From the NCBI GenBank assembly GCA_012295275.1, contig CM022668.1, positions 9,920,001-9,984,000 of the forward strand: a DNA stretch of 64,000 nucleotides, given 5' to 3'. Below are positions 32,159 through 64,000 of the stretch, one piece after another (positions within the stretch are counted from its first letter, which is position 1; every line of letters starts with the position of its first letter). The notes under the pieces were generated by a model that did no database searches, had not been told where the DNA came from, and was given only the letters and a program-made list of their open reading frames with translations. This DNA is from Chrysomallon squamiferum. Its lineage: Eukaryota > Animalia > Mollusca. A program made the translations under genes and the position numbers.

Positions 32159-32967
32159 CATACTTGGCGTTGTTAAATGTATTATTTTCAGTACTAATGA
32201 GAGGTCACAGTGTTCTGTTACCTAGTGACATGTAAACTTTATATCTGTGTCAAGAGATTATTCAGCTGTAATGTAAGCACTTCGACCTGAATTTTCTTAA
32301 TTAGTGGCTGTCTGTAGATTATTAACATTAAAGAAACTATATTGCATTTTATTCCTGTCTAATACAAATGACACCCAGTTACACAGGTATATATATACTA
32401 TATAGGCTGCTGATGTACATAGCTATACAGACACACAGATATGCACACAGATAATTATATACCAACAAAACAGTGGATCATAAAAGCATCTTGGAGCTGA
32501 TTATTCCGTGCTTGTTCACCAGTTTTTCACAATCATCCATTCACTCACTTTTAATGCACTGTGTGGATGTACATGTCTGTGATAACACAGGCTAACACTG
32601 TCTTTCTTCATCCCAATTTTTTTTTTTTTTTTTTTTAAATTTAATTTCTATTTTAATGTTAAAAATTATTTATTGATTGATCATTTTGTTAAAATATTTG
32701 TTTACCCATTGAGATTTGGTAGATGAAATAAAGAAACCTCATCTGGCTCGGTAATGGTGTGCTTAATCCATGTTAAGTTACAGGTGAGATAGGCAAAGCG
32801 TAGTAAGATGATCTGGTTGTATTTACCTGTGATGAAATTGTAACCTGGCAGGTAAGCACAATCAGTCTACCTACAGCCTCATTGAAATATAATATGTACA
32901 GGGATGTTGTAGTTAAATGAATGTATCCAGTTTTAGGTTTTATTTAATGTGAGAATAACAGAGAGGA

Positions 32968-33042
<75 letters not shown>

Positions 33043-33043
33043 T

Positions 33044-33085
<42 letters not shown>

Positions 33086-34279
33086 ATAACATGTTTAACT
33101 ACATATTCAAATAAATATATGTACAAACCCACACACACTCTCATACATGTGTACATACACTTATTTACGCAACCACATACATCCTTTATACATCCATATG
33201 TCTTGTACATCTATATAATGGCAGGCACACACACACACACACACACACATACACCACTGATTGTGATATAATAGTTACATAAAATATTGAAATGTTTACA
33301 GCATACACTATACTCTAAAGGCAGACAGATAAGAAATATATTATATAGCTTTCTAAACCTGTTGTTCCACTATGAGCATGATGTCTGGGTCAGACTATTC
33401 AAAAACATAAAGAGACATTTAATTTTTCTAAGATGAGGAACAGTTCATGAATATTTCATGATTAGACAAATCAGTGAAGTAGGACATAGTCAGAGTGTAC
33501 ATACATGACATTTATTCACTTAGCTGTGAGAGCATCCACCTTTGTTAAGTCACAGCATCTGCCATTATCTACTCAGGTTATAACACATTGCAACAGTGGA
33601 TAGTGTGTTTGGTGAAATGTCCTTTATTAAGTTTCACACAGACACACAAACACACATGCACATGCACACAAATACAAACACACACACACAAATACAAACA
33701 CACTTGCGCACACACACAAATACAAACAGATACACACACACAGAAATACATACCATATTTTAAAGCACTGCAAGTTTAATATAGAAAATTGCTAATTAGC
33801 ATATTAGATACATTATCCTCTGATGCTCTCAGTCTTATGTCTGACTGGCTGTTTTAATCTAAAATCTTTCTGTATGGTAATTTCTCATTTTTATAGTACA
33901 CTTTTTTGTAAGTTTACATCATTCTGAAATGACATCTATACGTTTGTTTTCCCAGATTAAATCTGTCATTATTTTCATTCTGCATAATTCTGATGGATTA
34001 TTTGAGAGATATATTTTGTATTAAAGGGTGACTGTTTTGTTCATCTATTAATATCTGTTTATTTCTGTTTTGACTTGGTTGTATCTATGTAAATTAAAAT
34101 TTTGATGGATTTTAATATACATTTCTTAGTGGATGGTTGCCTCTGTATTAAAGCATGGCTATCTCTCAATCTCTCTGTAATTATCTTGACTGTTGTTTGT
34201 GAATTTGCTGCTCTGTATTTGAGTGAATGTGTCCGTCTGTCTTGTTGTCTTGTAACACAAAGTTTGTTTTATTTTGCAG

Positions 34280-63756
<29,477 letters not shown>

Positions 63757-64000
63757 GTAAGCTACTTAGTGTTTCTTCGTTTGATTCTCTTTTGTGTACC
63801 AGAATTGTATATTTTACCTTTCTTGTCCAAGTTACATAATGGTTTAGAAGAAAATATGTTATGTTAGTGTTTAGAATTTTATTGATACATGCATTCATTG
63901 ACAGTGATTTAATAAACAAAGTTAATTAACAAGTCTAAACAGTATGCCAGATGCTCTATAAACATTTGAAAGCACCGAATAATCCAGAGAAAGGAATACT

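Overview
This is AT-rich, strongly CpG-depleted, microsatellite-rich animal genomic DNA. It looks invertebrate, probably lophotrochozoan/mollusc-like, but that is inferred from composition only. The window holds most of one + strand multiplexin (collagen XV/XVIII family) gene. By hand I traced 25 GT-AG, phase-compatible exons from 34280 to 63756 (3593 nt, about 1197 codons). They encode a TSPN/laminin-G domain, a Ser-Gly linker, an interrupted Gly-X-Y region, the NC1 trimerization domain and the hinge. The signal-peptide exon was not identified and the endostatin exons presumably lie beyond 64000, so 1-34279 is probably intronic or upstream. Most ORF-track entries are microsatellite or antisense artefacts. 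Points worth follow-up: (1) candidate extra hinge exons, including a possible hydrophobic, GPI-signal-like terminal exon that would remove endostatin; (2) a minisatellite made of copies of an exon's splice acceptor, each leading to a stop; (3) other duplicated exon boundaries; (4) spaced AG|GT recursive-splice-like sites; (5) two minisatellites with higher-order structure. None of the splicing hypotheses can be confirmed without RNA data.
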